Source: Planctomycetota bacterium
Lineage (GTDB): Bacteria > Planctomycetota > PLA2 > JAEUHO01
Direction: 5' to 3'
DNA: 64,000 bases
Assembly: GCA_965222115.1 (NCBI GenBank)
Contig: CBDCTJ010000007.1
Span: forward strand, 608,001-672,000
Shown here: positions 48,908 to 58,860 of the stretch, piece after piece
How the letters are laid out: each line of letters starts with the position of its first letter
Numbering within the stretch: the first letter of the stretch is position 1
Made by a program: the position numbers and the translations under genes
Notes under the pieces: generated by a model
Seen by the model: the letters and a program-made list of their open reading frames with translations, nothing else
Database searches by the model: none
What the model was told of the DNA's origin: nothing

Positions 48908-49801
48908 TCAACTGGACGGGAGTGCGCGACGAAATGCCTCTGGTGTTGTTCCCGTCATGCGCCGAAAAAACTTTACGAAGTTCGTAGCCTCGGTGAATCC
49001 CAGCGTGAGGCCAATACCTTCCACGGAGTCGCGACTTGTGCTCAGCATACGCTTCGCTTCAAGTGCCGATCGTTCGTCAATCATGCGTTTGGGTGTGGGT
49101 CGGCCGATTTGCTTGCACGCGCGCGCGATTGTTCGATCACTTAGATGTAGTTGGGATGCGTACCACGTCAGGTTGCGCGACGTCGTGAAGCACCGGTCGA
49201 TTAGCGCCTCAAACTCCGCTACGATCTCGCGTGCTCGAACCGTACTCGGGGGCTCGTTCGCATCCGCCTGATTGAGTAGCGCCTCAACGCCGCCAAGGAT
49301 GATCCGAAGTAGGTGTGGCCCAAGGCCGCCTGATTGCAGCGATCCGTTGCCTGCGTCAAGTGAGAGCTGCGCTTCGAGCATCGCCACAAGAAACGAGAAG
49401 TCGTCTTTGCTCGGGCGCACGATTCGGTCCAACCTCCGGTTGATCGTGCGGATCAGGTGGCTGCCCTCTTCAAGTGCGTCCGTCCGAAAGAACAGAAGGA
49501 GAGCGTCGTGCGTTGACGTCGCGTCGAACGATTGAACCTGTCCGGGTTGCACGTGGTGGAACTCACCCTCTTGAAACTCCAGGGCCTCAAAGTCAACCCA
49601 GTGGCGTCCATGCCCGCTAGTAACGAACTGGATCATGTGGAATTGGATCCGGTTTGGCGCACTGATGGCGCGCGCCATTCTCCGTTCTCGGAGTTCGGCT
49701 AGCGAAACCACATCCACCGCGCTGGACTTTCGCTTCGAGTGACTGAATACGAGATTCTCGATGCTCGTCGTTTGTGACCTGCGTGGTATGCCTTCAGACA
49801 T
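48908..49801 (-). CDS. AraC family transcriptional regulator
   Basis: Cupin N-terminus (GHGRHWVDF, PGQVQ); EAKRML, LGFTEATNFVKFFRRMTGTTP. Confidence 0.92.
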   Translation of the reverse strand: MSEGIPRRSQTTSIENLVFSHSKRKSSAVDVVSLAELRERRMARAISAPNRIQFHMIQFVTSGHGRHWVDFEALEFQEGEFHHVQPGQVQSFDATSTHDALLLFFRTDALEEGSHLIRTINRRLDRIVRPSKDDFSFLVAMLEAQLSLDAGNGSLQSGGLGPHLLRIILGGVEALLNQADANEPPSTVRAREIVAEFEALIDRCFTTSRNLTWYASQLHLSDRTIARACKQIGRPTPKRMIDERSALEAKRMLSTSRDSVEGIGLTLGFTEATNFVKFFRRMTGTTPEAFRRALPSS

Positions 49802-49849
49802 GGCAGACCTCTATCGCCACATCTCTCCGGTGTCCAGGCGCAAACCACA

Positions 49850-49990
49850 CTGATCGCAAAAGGTGAGGCCGTTTCGATGGCAGCGATTGCGGTTGGCTAT
49901 TCAAGTGCGTCACAGTTTAGTAGAGAGTTTCGACGCCAGTTTGGTACTCCTCCAAGCGAGTGGGTAAAGTCGTTAAACGTATCCCTTTGA
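49850..49990 (+). pseudogene. C-terminal HTH remnant of a second AraC regulator (not in ORF track)
   Basis: Hand translation LIAKGEAVSMAAIAVGYSSASQFSREFRRQFGTPPSEW...*. Confidence 0.8.
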
Positions 49991-50100
49991 GAATTCGGTC
50001 TGTGACGGATCTATCGCACCTCATGTTCATAGTCTAGAGCTTGCTAAGGCCGGGAGAGCCGACATGAACCCTGCACCCAACGAGATTGGCGGCGCGCGGG

Positions 50101-50637
50101 TCATTCATTGGTCTGCGCTTGATAGCCGCGGGGTTCTCGAAGAACTTCGACGGCCTTGAATTTGCGCTCCCCGAAACGTGCTGCCGCAACCAACGCGAGG
50201 CCCAATACGAACGCGACGAGCCCCACGTTTCGGCTAAGCGTCACGCAGGGCGTAGCACGTTCGTACATTTCCGGTCCCAAATCCCAAGCGGCGTGCCACG
50301 TGACTGCCAGAGACAAATCGCACGCAGTCCGCAACGCCAATGCAGAGGCGGCAATCACAAATCCTCCGGCCGTGGCGGATGAAGTTAATCCGCGCGCCAC
50401 TCGGTAGACCCAAGGTATGAAGAGTACGCCGAACGCCGCGAGCAAGTACAGATCGATCCGTAGGTGGTGGTGGATGTCTCGTATCTGAACGGGTTCACGT
50501 GCAGGATCTCGGTAAATCCTCCAGCAAAAGATATTTACGAAACTTGCAAGGAGAGCCAAGTACCCAGCGATGATGATTAGCGTCACGCATGGGCCCGTGC
50601 CAAGTGTAAACGCATCTCGCTCGTTTCGCTTCCGCAT
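50101..50637 (-). CDS. hypothetical membrane protein
   Basis: Four hydrophobic segments; start uncertain. Confidence 0.5.
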   Translation of the reverse strand: MRKRNERDAFTLGTGPCVTLIIIAGYLALLASFVNIFCWRIYRDPAREPVQIRDIHHHLRIDLYLLAAFGVLFIPWVYRVARGLTSSATAGGFVIAASALALRTACDLSLAVTWHAAWDLGPEMYERATPCVTLSRNVGLVAFVLGLALVAAARFGERKFKAVEVLREPRGYQAQTNE

Positions 50638-50729
50638 GTAGATGTTGATCGTACTGTTTGAGCGCGCGATGCCGACTGGAAACGCCTTTGTGCGTGCGCT
50701 TTGGTTAGTGCGAGACACGGCCCGACAGT

Positions 50730-51176
50730 TCACGACGCATCGGACGACTCTGGCGGCCACGCGCCGATCCAATGGCGTAAGGCAACGATCTTGCCGAAGT
50801 GATACGCGTTATGTACAGCCACACTGTTCAACTCGTCGGCCAAGGTCACGCCGGGCTCGACTTCTTCGGCGAGGCGCAGAGGCTTCTGTCCCAAGTCTGC
50901 GGCGGCGCGAGCCCCGGTGAGGAACAGTTGCACGAGTTCGTGCCACTGGTTCTCGTGTTCCGGAACCTCGGTTGGGAAGAGCTCGTCGGGTGGTGCGCCA
51001 CCTGGGGCAACGATGCTCTGCTGGTATCCCACAAGGTGCCACAACTCCTCGTAGATGGAGTGCGACGTGCCCTCAGGCCGGTGAGTTACCTGTTCGAGCG
51101 TCAATTCTGACAAGAGGCGCGCTCTCTCTGCAAACTCACCGACGAGAAACAAGTGTTCGAAGATTGGCGTGCCCAC
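50730..51176 (-). CDS. DinB family protein
   Basis: HSIYEELWHL and HNAYHFGKI histidine motifs; AGGAGG RBS. Confidence 0.88.
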   Translation of the reverse strand: MGTPIFEHLFLVGEFAERARLLSELTLEQVTHRPEGTSHSIYEELWHLVGYQQSIVAPGGAPPDELFPTEVPEHENQWHELVQLFLTGARAAADLGQKPLRLAEEVEPGVTLADELNSVAVHNAYHFGKIVALRHWIGAWPPESSDAS

Positions 51177-51341
51177 TTTGCCTCCTTCCGCTTGTTGCGT
51201 TTACGTCAGCTACGAGTCGTATGAACTTCGTACGGACACCTCACGTCCGCAACGAACTTCTGTCAAGTGTTCGCCGTGTAGCGGACGAAATGCGACGGTG
51301 CAACAATCATCCTGCTCAGTCGCGCGATGCTGCCTTGCGCG

Positions 51342-52010
51342 CTATGCCTTCTGTCGGCTTACCATCTCGTTGATCCAGATCGGCGCGAAGGGCGAGGTGC
51401 AGCCCTTGGATACTGGATAGTCGCGATAGATGCCGAGCGCTTCGCCGATTGCGAGGGCGCGGTCGCGGTGTTCTGCATGGTGGATGCCGATGTTGGCCAG
51501 GCATGTGTTCATCGTCCATTGAGCCTGGGACGCGGCTTTCGGCATCTCGTTCTCGATGCGATCGAGCAGGGCGGTGAGATCAAGACCGTCTGGTTTCTTG
51601 GTGACACGCTCCGCAGTCAAGCTCCAACCCGCGCGCTTGGTCATGGCGTCCTTTGACTTCATCCACGCTTCGCGCACGGACTCATTGTCTGGATGCTTCT
51701 TGATCACATACGAGTTCAGCCAGTCCGCAACCCATTCGCACGTGCCTTCTTGTGTCATCGTGGTGAGCTGCTTCGTGTCGAGTTCCTTGGGGCGTAGGAG
51801 CAGAATGGCGAGCATCTGTGCGTCCACGTTGCCTGTATCCCAAAGTGAAAGACCGAGTTCGTGATTGGCCTTGATCTCTTTGGCCAGCTTGCGGATGTCG
51901 CCGGTCTTGACGCCGAACTGATTGTCGCCCGCCCCGCGCTTGGCATTGAAGGCGCGTCGCTTTTCGTCGCCCAACGCTTCGAGTCGGGCCATGACTTGCT
52001 TCGTGTTCAT
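51342..52010 (-). CDS. DNA alkylation repair (AlkD-like) protein
   Basis: FGVK.GDIRKLAK.IK, LW.TGN.DA, QWTMN, KGCTSPFAPIWI. Confidence 0.88.
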   Translation of the reverse strand: MNTKQVMARLEALGDEKRRAFNAKRGAGDNQFGVKTGDIRKLAKEIKANHELGLSLWDTGNVDAQMLAILLLRPKELDTKQLTTMTQEGTCEWVADWLNSYVIKKHPDNESVREAWMKSKDAMTKRAGWSLTAERVTKKPDGLDLTALLDRIENEMPKAASQAQWTMNTCLANIGIHHAEHRDRALAIGEALGIYRDYPVSKGCTSPFAPIWINEMVSRQKA

Positions 52011-52281
52011 GGAATGATGTTACTTGCACTCCCCAAGAAATACTGAGGCAACCGAGCCGAGGTGCATCGCGAAGGCAACGGAGCCAACTCGTGGGTCTCA
52101 ACGGAATCTCTGCCTCATTCGAGGGTGTACGAGGCGTGTATTAGAAAGCAGCGTTGCGCCGTGGCTCGGGTCGATTGCGGTCCCTTGCTATAGCGCGAGG
52201 CGTTGAGCGGCGTTGTGTGCGTCGAATCGTCGCCACGTTCACCTTGAAATAGTATGTCCCGCATCCGGTCTAGGGATATCA

Positions 52282-52851
52282 ATGCCGGCAATGAACGGCG
52301 CGCTCTACCCACAATTGCTTGGATCGGATTGGGGGAAGCTGAGTCCGTTGATGCGAGCGATGCACGTCACGCGTGGACCCATTTCCGCGCGAGGGACATT
52401 TGAGGTGCATAAGGCGGTAGGCTGGTGGGCTTCGTGCTTACGCCGGTTTTCACGCCTGCCGCCGCCCGGTCGTGATGTTCCAACAAGGCTCGTGATCACC
52501 CAAGAGGATGGTCAAGAGGTTTGGTGTCGTAGTTTTGGGACGACGCGTATGCTGACGAAGCAACGCCTGCATGCACCAGGCGTTATGGCGGAACGTGTGG
52601 GGTGCATGGAGTTTCGAATTCGCGTTGCGCGTGAGCATCAAGGGATACGGTACTGTCAAGTTGGCGCCGCATTGCGCTTGGGGCCGTTTAAGGTCCCGCT
52701 ACCTGCAATGCTGGCACCTCAAGTCGAGGGGACGGAGCAACCCGCAGCGAGCGTTGGAGGCGCACAGGTTCGTATTGCCATTCGCGCACCGATTGGCGGA
52801 CGACTCATTGCGTATGAGGGAGTCATCGCGATCGATAGGGCCACACAGTGA
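52282..52851 (+). CDS. DUF4166 domain protein
   Basis: LY..LLG.DW..L, E.W.RSFG, ERVG, LP..LAP, LIAYEG. Confidence 0.8.
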   Translation: MPAMNGALYPQLLGSDWGKLSPLMRAMHVTRGPISARGTFEVHKAVGWWASCLRRFSRLPPPGRDVPTRLVITQEDGQEVWCRSFGTTRMLTKQRLHAPGVMAERVGCMEFRIRVAREHQGIRYCQVGAALRLGPFKVPLPAMLAPQVEGTEQPAASVGGAQVRIAIRAPIGGRLIAYEGVIAIDRATQ

Positions 52852-53408
52852 ATACAGCATTGTGGTTGCTTGTGATTCAGGGCGCTATAGGCGCATTTGA
52901 TACGGTGTACTATCACGAGGTTCGAGCACGCCTCCCGGCTCGCGGTCGCGCGGTGTCTTCCGAATTGCGCATTCATGCAGCGCGCGACGTGCTATACGCG
53001 GTGCTCTTTGGAACGCTTCCTTGGCTGGCGTGGCACGGCATGTGGGCGATCGTTTTGGCTGCGATCCTGATCGCTGAAATCGTGTTGACGCTCACTGATT
53101 TTGTCGTTGAACGTCGCGTTCGCAAGCCCATGGGTGATGTCTATGCGGGCGAGCGCGTGACGCATGCGATCATGGGAATCATCTGGGGTGCTGTACTTAC
53201 GCATCTAACGCCTGTGTTGCTTGCATGGAATGATCAACCAAGCGCGTTCGTGCCTGTAGCGCATGACGTTCCCCTATGGTTGCGTTGGGCGCTGTCGATC
53301 ATGGCCGTTGGTGTACTCGTGTCTGGCATACGGGACTGCTTGGCCGCCACAGGACGTCCCGGAACGAGTTGGCCATGGCCCCCAATTCACAACCAAGACG
53401 AGGCGTAG
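52848..53408 (+). CDS. membrane protein
   Basis: QG.IGAFDT.YYHE..ARLP, ELRIHA.R, TLTDF.VE, ERVTH; coupled to the DUF4166 gene. Confidence 0.75.
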   Translation: MNTALWLLVIQGAIGAFDTVYYHEVRARLPARGRAVSSELRIHAARDVLYAVLFGTLPWLAWHGMWAIVLAAILIAEIVLTLTDFVVERRVRKPMGDVYAGERVTHAIMGIIWGAVLTHLTPVLLAWNDQPSAFVPVAHDVPLWLRWALSIMAVGVLVSGIRDCLAATGRPGTSWPWPPIHNQDEA

Positions 53409-53579
53409 CGTGAACTTCGGATACAGAAACAGATTTGAGACCGAATCCACACTCTTTCGTTTCATTGATCGCTTTGTAAACCTCGCGGCAAGCTCCGTTC
53501 AAAGGTGACCAAGGATGAAGCGCGAGCGTTGCGCGGCGGGTGGCGCTCGGTCTCCGAGAATGGCCAAGCAACAAGCGGC

Positions 53580-54122
53580 CTACACCTGGTTGTAATACAT
53601 GAGATTCGAGCCGCTCCAAGACCGCGATCTCGGTCTAAATGATGCGGACAATTCGAACGGAATCGAGGCGCCGCCGATTTCTTCCAAGCGTCCAGTGATG
53701 GTGAGTCGATGGCCAACGTGTCTAGGCACGACGTTCGGTACATTGGCGCGCGCCGACAGTCCGCCTGCCCACTTTTTGAAAGGGGTTGACCAGCTGAGTT
53801 CTTGTCGAGTCGTGCTGCCATCGGCGTACACCACGACCACGGTGTCTACGGTTATGGTTCGGTAGCGGGACTGTTTGTCCCAGACCTGTAGGCGAATCGA
53901 GTAGGGCTCAGCCAGCGTTGTGAAGTGAACAAGCAGGGGTAAACCAATGTAGGACTTTGTCGGCGCGAGCCAAATGTCTGACTTGAGCCCCTCTACGAGG
54001 ACGATGTCGCGCTGTGCTCCGAATCCCCGAATGTTGACAACCCGCCAGCCGCCGCAGGTCACTAACGCGAAAAGCGCCCACATGCCAAGTGCCAAAGTGA
54101 GCCGGGTCTTCTTGGGGGACAT
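53580..54122 (-). CDS. exported hypothetical protein
   Basis: Basic-hydrophobic N-terminus followed by a beta-rich domain. Confidence 0.6.
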   Translation of the reverse strand: MSPKKTRLTLALGMWALFALVTCGGWRVVNIRGFGAQRDIVLVEGLKSDIWLAPTKSYIGLPLLVHFTTLAEPYSIRLQVWDKQSRYRTITVDTVVVVYADGSTTRQELSWSTPFKKWAGGLSARANVPNVVPRHVGHRLTITGRLEEIGGASIPFELSASFRPRSRSWSGSNLMYYNQV

Positions 54123-54541
54123 CGCGGAGGGCTCGCCTAGATGACTAACGCAGGGCCCCGCCCTGCGTATTCTAGATCGTAGCTGCCGCCAATTGGTTTG
54201 TCCGTTCTAGATGGCGTTTAGCTAGTTAATACCTCCTGGGAACCCTCGCGCCACCTGCGACTGCAGGACTCGTCTGTGAGCGACGAGCTGGATGCACGCT
54301 TCGAACTGCGATAGCGGGAACACCAAGAGAAAGGAGCAATGACCAAGTCCCTTCCAGTTTCGTTTCGCCATGCGAGTGCAGCCGGGTCGCTATCTCGCGA
54401 CAATGAGTTAAGAGCCGAAGGATGAGCCGGCCAAGTATGTAACGGCATGTCAGTTTGCGCATATCGGCGCGCGCTGCTGAATATCGCTTTTGTGATGAGG
54501 AAGTCTGCCGCTCGGTATCTTTTAGGGAAGGAGATACGTCA

Positions 54542-55063
54542 ATGTACAAAGTCGGACGCCGTGATCGAGTAGCGAAGCTCTCGGACTTGCCACCACCCAA
54601 CGTGGGTGCGCCGATCCCCGCCGTGGTGGCGACTGAGCACAAGCTGGATGTGATCTACTTCGTTCAAGAGTCCGTCTTCAAGAAGGGTGGATACTCTCAT
54701 GATGAGGTTCGTGTCATGAATCCCAAGAGTGAGGGCTCACTGGTCGCCCGCGTTTCGCTTCATTGGCCCATGGCCCACATGTTTGGCTTGCCATGTGAAA
54801 ATACCATCGAGGCGCATCCGCTAGCATCGCGTGGTCTTCATCCCTGCGCCACTTGGGAAGTTACAAACTCGTCCTGGATTCGCGACCTTGCGCGCGTGCT
54901 CGCTGCCTACGAGCACGCGGACCCTTCAGGGCTTGATTCCTACCGTCACCTCATCTTTGCGTTTCATGACTCAACTTTTGAGTGCGTCGCACGTAGCTAC
55001 GACATAAAGCTCACTCGAGATTCCATCGTTTCCGCGGCCCACGAGTCGATTTCGTCTTGGTGA
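54542..55063 (+). CDS. conserved hypothetical protein
   Basis: AAGGAG RBS; GAP.P, HPL..RGL, EV.NSSWI, RHLIFAFHDSTFECVA. Confidence 0.75.
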   Translation: MYKVGRRDRVAKLSDLPPPNVGAPIPAVVATEHKLDVIYFVQESVFKKGGYSHDEVRVMNPKSEGSLVARVSLHWPMAHMFGLPCENTIEAHPLASRGLHPCATWEVTNSSWIRDLARVLAAYEHADPSGLDSYRHLIFAFHDSTFECVARSYDIKLTRDSIVSAAHESISSW

Positions 55064-55252
55064 ATCACGTCGAGACACCGGCTACTTTGGCGCGGTTTTC
55101 CCGCCAACTCGACGAACTACGAAAACCACTCAATGGTGAACTGATAGCTAGATCGATCTTTGGAGTACGATTGTCTACTTCAGCCTCACGCATTGCGTTC
55201 ACGTCCACTACGAGATGTGTGGAGTTTGTCCCTACACCGTATCCCATGACGT

Positions 55253-55735
55253 CTAGGTACGCCTGCTCACTCGTTCACTGTAGCGGCGGTTCTCCTCATC
55301 GACCCACGCCATGAACTCGCGGATGTGCTCGCGATCAGGTTCGAAGAGCCGTGCGCCGTGGGACCCGAGGAAGGCAAGCGCTTCGAGGACTTGGTAGGGG
55401 GAGCCGATGAAGCTGTAAGGACCGCCGCGTACACGAGTGAGTCGTGCGCCGTCCCAGTCCCATGTGGAAGGGAAGCTCACCCACGCATCGTTGAAATTGA
55501 TGTAGCGCCAGAATTCGAAGTACGTCTCCTTGCCGAGCACCGTTGGGTCGGCATAGGAGACTGAGACATGGAGGTAGGGATCTTTGGGCCAGCCAGGGAA
55601 GAAGCGAAAGCGGATGACGTCGTTCTTCAGGACGACATCGCCGTCGGAGAGCACCTCCATGACGAGATCGTGTTGTCGGCGCAATGGGGCGCTGAGGTTC
55701 TCTACGTGGTCTTGAAACGTCAGTTCGTTCGTCAT
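55253..55735 (-). CDS. hypothetical protein
   Basis: 160-aa aromatic-rich ORF; no family recognised. Confidence 0.55.
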   Translation of the reverse strand: MTNELTFQDHVENLSAPLRRQHDLVMEVLSDGDVVLKNDVIRFRFFPGWPKDPYLHVSVSYADPTVLGKETYFEFWRYINFNDAWVSFPSTWDWDGARLTRVRGGPYSFIGSPYQVLEALAFLGSHGARLFEPDREHIREFMAWVDEENRRYSERVSRRT

Positions 55736-56012
55736 GATGTTCGTCGTGTCCCGAGCACATGATTCGCCCGATCGAATACGGAGGGATCGATCGTATCCGA
55801 CTCGCGCGGGATACGACGCCGGGTTTCTTCCCGCCGGCTTGAAGACGGTCGTCCTTGAACCACCACCCCAACGTCAGGCGTCAGCGTGCGCCGCCGCCGT
55901 CCGCTTTTGGGAACTGTGGATTTCCACCCGATAAGAGCTGCGGTTTGGCAGTGTTCCCATTATTTACCCACTGCCTCTTGAAACCTTCGGCCTAAAAGCG
56001 AATACTCAGTGC

Positions 56013-56435
56013 ATGTCCACGAAGGATGTTCGAGCGCTTACAGCCATCCCTATTCTCCCGATGGAGGACGAAGAAGCGACGTTGACGTTCTATGTGTCTT
56101 TCCTCGGCTTCGCGATGGATTGGAAGCATCGATTTCGGGTGGACTCGCCGCTCTATGCTCAAGTGCGTCTTGGTGGTGCGGTGCTTCACCTTGACGGACA
56201 CGCGCCCAACGAGGCAGCGCCCGTCGAGGCGCGAATCTGAGTTTCCAGCCTCGTGGATCTGGCGGATACCATTCGACCCCGCGCACCACGCGGTGTTGTC
56301 GTGCAACCCGTCGATCCGCGGGGCGAAGGTCGTGCGGCTGACCTAAACCTCGACGATCCGTTCGGCAACCGAGTAATCTTCTGGGAATCCTCAGCCGATC
56401 ATCCATACGCGGCGGATTCAAGCTCGCGCAGTTAG
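56013..56435 (+). pseudogene. glyoxalase/bleomycin-resistance family gene interrupted by an in-frame TGA (56238-56240)
   Basis: IPIL...FY..FLGF..DW...YAQV and DPFGNRVIF halves lie in the same frame on either side of one TGA. Confidence 0.75.
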
Positions 56436-56442
56436 GAGTCCC

Positions 56443-56976
56443 TTGATCGTACTCTACATCATCCTCGGCGTACTTGCCGCACTCGTTGTTGCGGGTCTAG
56501 TCATGCCCAGTCGGTATACCCTTAAGTACAAGACAACGATTGCGGCATCCCCTGCCGCGGTGCACACGTTCGCGGGTCACTTGGACAAGTGGCCGACGTG
56601 GATGCCGTGGGAGCAGGAGGACCCGAGCGTCATCACCAAGCTCAGCGACAAGACCACCGGTGTGGGTGCGAAACAGGCATGGACGTCGTCCAAATCGGGC
56701 GATGGCGAAGTGGAGTTTACCGAGTGCGATGAAAACACCGGCATCGCCTACGACATGACCTTCATCATGAAAGACAAGCGCGCGCCGGCGAAGGCGTCGA
56801 TCCGCTACGCGCCTGTTTCGGACGGTACGGAGGTTACGTGGTCGATGAATGGCGACTTGGCCAGCATGATGCCGCCCGTCCTTCGTGGCCTGATGAAGCC
56901 AATCATGTGCCGCATGATCGGCAAGAACTTTGTCCGGGGTCTTGCGAGTCTGAAAGAGAAGGTCGAAGCGGCTTGA
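56443..56976 (+). CDS. SRPBCC (polyketide cyclase/dehydrase) family protein
   Basis: N-terminal TM, W..W.PW...DP, GVGA...W, GTEVTWSM, GLASLK; AGGAG RBS. Confidence 0.88.
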   Translation: MIVLYIILGVLAALVVAGLVMPSRYTLKYKTTIAASPAAVHTFAGHLDKWPTWMPWEQEDPSVITKLSDKTTGVGAKQAWTSSKSGDGEVEFTECDENTGIAYDMTFIMKDKRAPAKASIRYAPVSDGTEVTWSMNGDLASMMPPVLRGLMKPIMCRMIGKNFVRGLASLKEKVEAA

Positions 56977-57359
56977 GTCGGCCTATGCGAAGGGCTTGCC
57001 AAAACATTGATCAATGGGAACGGAGCTAGCCGGATGTTGCACGAAGCGCGCGTCCGGGGCAACGCAAGGAGTTGTGGTTTGGCGACTTGTGATCGAACTC
57101 CATGGGAACGAAGAGTGACAAGGTGTTCTCGGTGAGGATTCGGGTTCAAGGTCGAAGCGGTGGTTCCGAGGCGATGCCAAAAGCATCGCTGAGCGGTTCT
57201 CCGCAATGAGATTGGGGACGAAGACCAGCGAGAACCGCGCGATTCACCTTAGTTCGTGCAACATCCGGGCTAAAAACCGAACTGCTGTTTGATGCCCGCG
57301 CGAAACGTCTTGTCGTCAAACTCCTTGCAGCTTAGCTGTTGCGAGTGAGTATTCAGTGC

Positions 57360-57432
57360 ATGTCTACGCGCGAGATACGAGCATTCACAGCCATTCCTGT
57401 TCTGCCCATGGATGACGAGGAGGCGACCCTGG
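57360..57432 (+). pseudogene. 5' fragment paralogous to the glyoxalase gene at 56013
   Basis: MSTREIRAFTAIPVLPMDDEEATL vs MSTKDVRALTAIPILPMEDEEATL; upstream TCAGTGC also shared. Confidence 0.75.
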
Positions 57433-57439
57433 CGTGGGG

Positions 57440-57871
57440 TCAGAATAGTTCTTCACCGGGCAATTCCGCCGCTTGCCGAATCCAGCTTGTTAGTTCGTCA
57501 TCGTCAATTGGGTCAGCTTCGTGGATATGGAAGTAGCGCACATGTTCCTGCTTGGACGACACAGGGGGGACCGGGCGGAGCGAGGCGCCCCTTAGGAACG
57601 TCACCTTTACGTATTTCGTGAAGCAGTGAAATCCGAGGAACCAACCTTGCCCCTCAACGCCATAGAAAGGCGTGTTCCAACGCACTGCCTTTTGCACCTT
57701 CGGCACGGTACGCACAATCAGCGCGTCGATATGTCGCCCGACATCGCGTTTCCAGCCCGGCATCGCCGCAATGTAGGCTTGCACGGGAGCGTCGCCATCC
57801 GCCTTCGGAATCTGTGGATTGCCGCTCGACAAGAGCCGCGGCTTGGCAGCTTTCTTTTTCGACTTGGCCAT
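57440..57871 (-). CDS. DUF1801 (YdhG-like) protein
   Basis: LLS.GNPQIPK.DGDAPVQAYIAAMPGWK, KAVRWNTPFYG, F.RGASL.P.PP. Confidence 0.88.
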   Translation of the reverse strand: MAKSKKKAAKPRLLSSGNPQIPKADGDAPVQAYIAAMPGWKRDVGRHIDALIVRTVPKVQKAVRWNTPFYGVEGQGWFLGFHCFTKYVKVTFLRGASLRPVPPVSSKQEHVRYFHIHEADPIDDDELTSWIRQAAELPGEELF

Positions 57872-57935
57872 GGTTGGTGATCTCCGGCTGCAGTCTTCGC
57901 GACGCGCAGCGATAGGAATTCGCTGAACGTGATAT

Positions 57936-58736
57936 CTAAATGTCCGAGCCGTGTCTCTCGTCGCAGGGCATCTTTGCGTGCATCAGGATGCGAGGGAATG
58001 TGAGGCGGTACGGGCGCTCCCGTGGCAGCGTATCGAGCAGGGCTTCTCGGTACTCTCGATTGAACGCCTCGAAGGTGGGCTCGTCCATGCGAGATCGATA
58101 CGCCTTGAGCAGCGTGCCCTCGACCCACTCGACGAGTGCTTCCGGGCCTGGAAGGTGATGCAGGTATATCTGCACGCGTACCGCGTGGTGCTCGAAGCCG
58201 AGCCGGTCGAGCAAAATTGAGTAGGCCTCAGCCGTGAGTACGGACGGCCTTCGTGCCGGGCAATCGAATTGCTGTTGCGCGATATTCGCAGCGAGGGTAT
58301 GCGAGATGTGATGTTGGTTGGCCGGAACCTGGACCGCCATTTGCCCGCCCGGTTTCAGCCACTTAGATATGCCCGCAATGAGAATCTCATGTTGGGGAAG
58401 CCACTGCAACGCGGCATTGGAGAACACGAGATCCAGCGGCTGAGCGGGCGTGAACGCCGAGATATCTATCTCTTGGAAGGTCAGTCCACCCACTGACTGT
58501 GATTGCGCCAGCATGGTGGGCGAGTTATCGATACCAATCGTCGACGACGCATTTGTGAATTCGTGCAATCGCCGTGTGAGATCGCCCGTTCCGCAGCCCA
58601 GGTCTACGGCGTAGCCACCAGGAATGGGCTCGACGCCGCTCAGTAGGTCGTGGAACGCTTCTGCTCGCTCCCTGTTGAAGCGATGGTATTGTTCCGGATC
58701 CCAATGTGATCTTGCATCAGTGTCCGTATGGGCCAC
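57936..58736 (-). CDS. trans-aconitate 2-methyltransferase-like SAM methyltransferase
   Basis: WDPEQY..F..ER, DLGCGTG.LT, GIDNS..ML, FSNAALQW, AVQVP.N. Confidence 0.85.
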   Translation of the reverse strand: MAHTDTDARSHWDPEQYHRFNRERAEAFHDLLSGVEPIPGGYAVDLGCGTGDLTRRLHEFTNASSTIGIDNSPTMLAQSQSVGGLTFQEIDISAFTPAQPLDLVFSNAALQWLPQHEILIAGISKWLKPGGQMAVQVPANQHHISHTLAANIAQQQFDCPARRPSVLTAEAYSILLDRLGFEHHAVRVQIYLHHLPGPEALVEWVEGTLLKAYRSRMDEPTFEAFNREYREALLDTLPRERPYRLTFPRILMHAKMPCDERHGSDI

Positions 58737-58860
58737 GGCTTGCTCCTTCTGACCTAAGTCTACCCGGATCGATGCAACTCGCGTTGGAACCGCTCGACGA
58801 TTGCTCGGGCACAGGTTCTTCGATGTTTCGCGTGACTACTTGTCGTAATCTTCTGTGCAC

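Noticed and set aside
50000-57900. Integron cassette array with attC sites
   Set aside because: Genes lie in both orientations, I could not pair RYYYAAC/GTTRRRY boxes convincingly, and no IntI is present.
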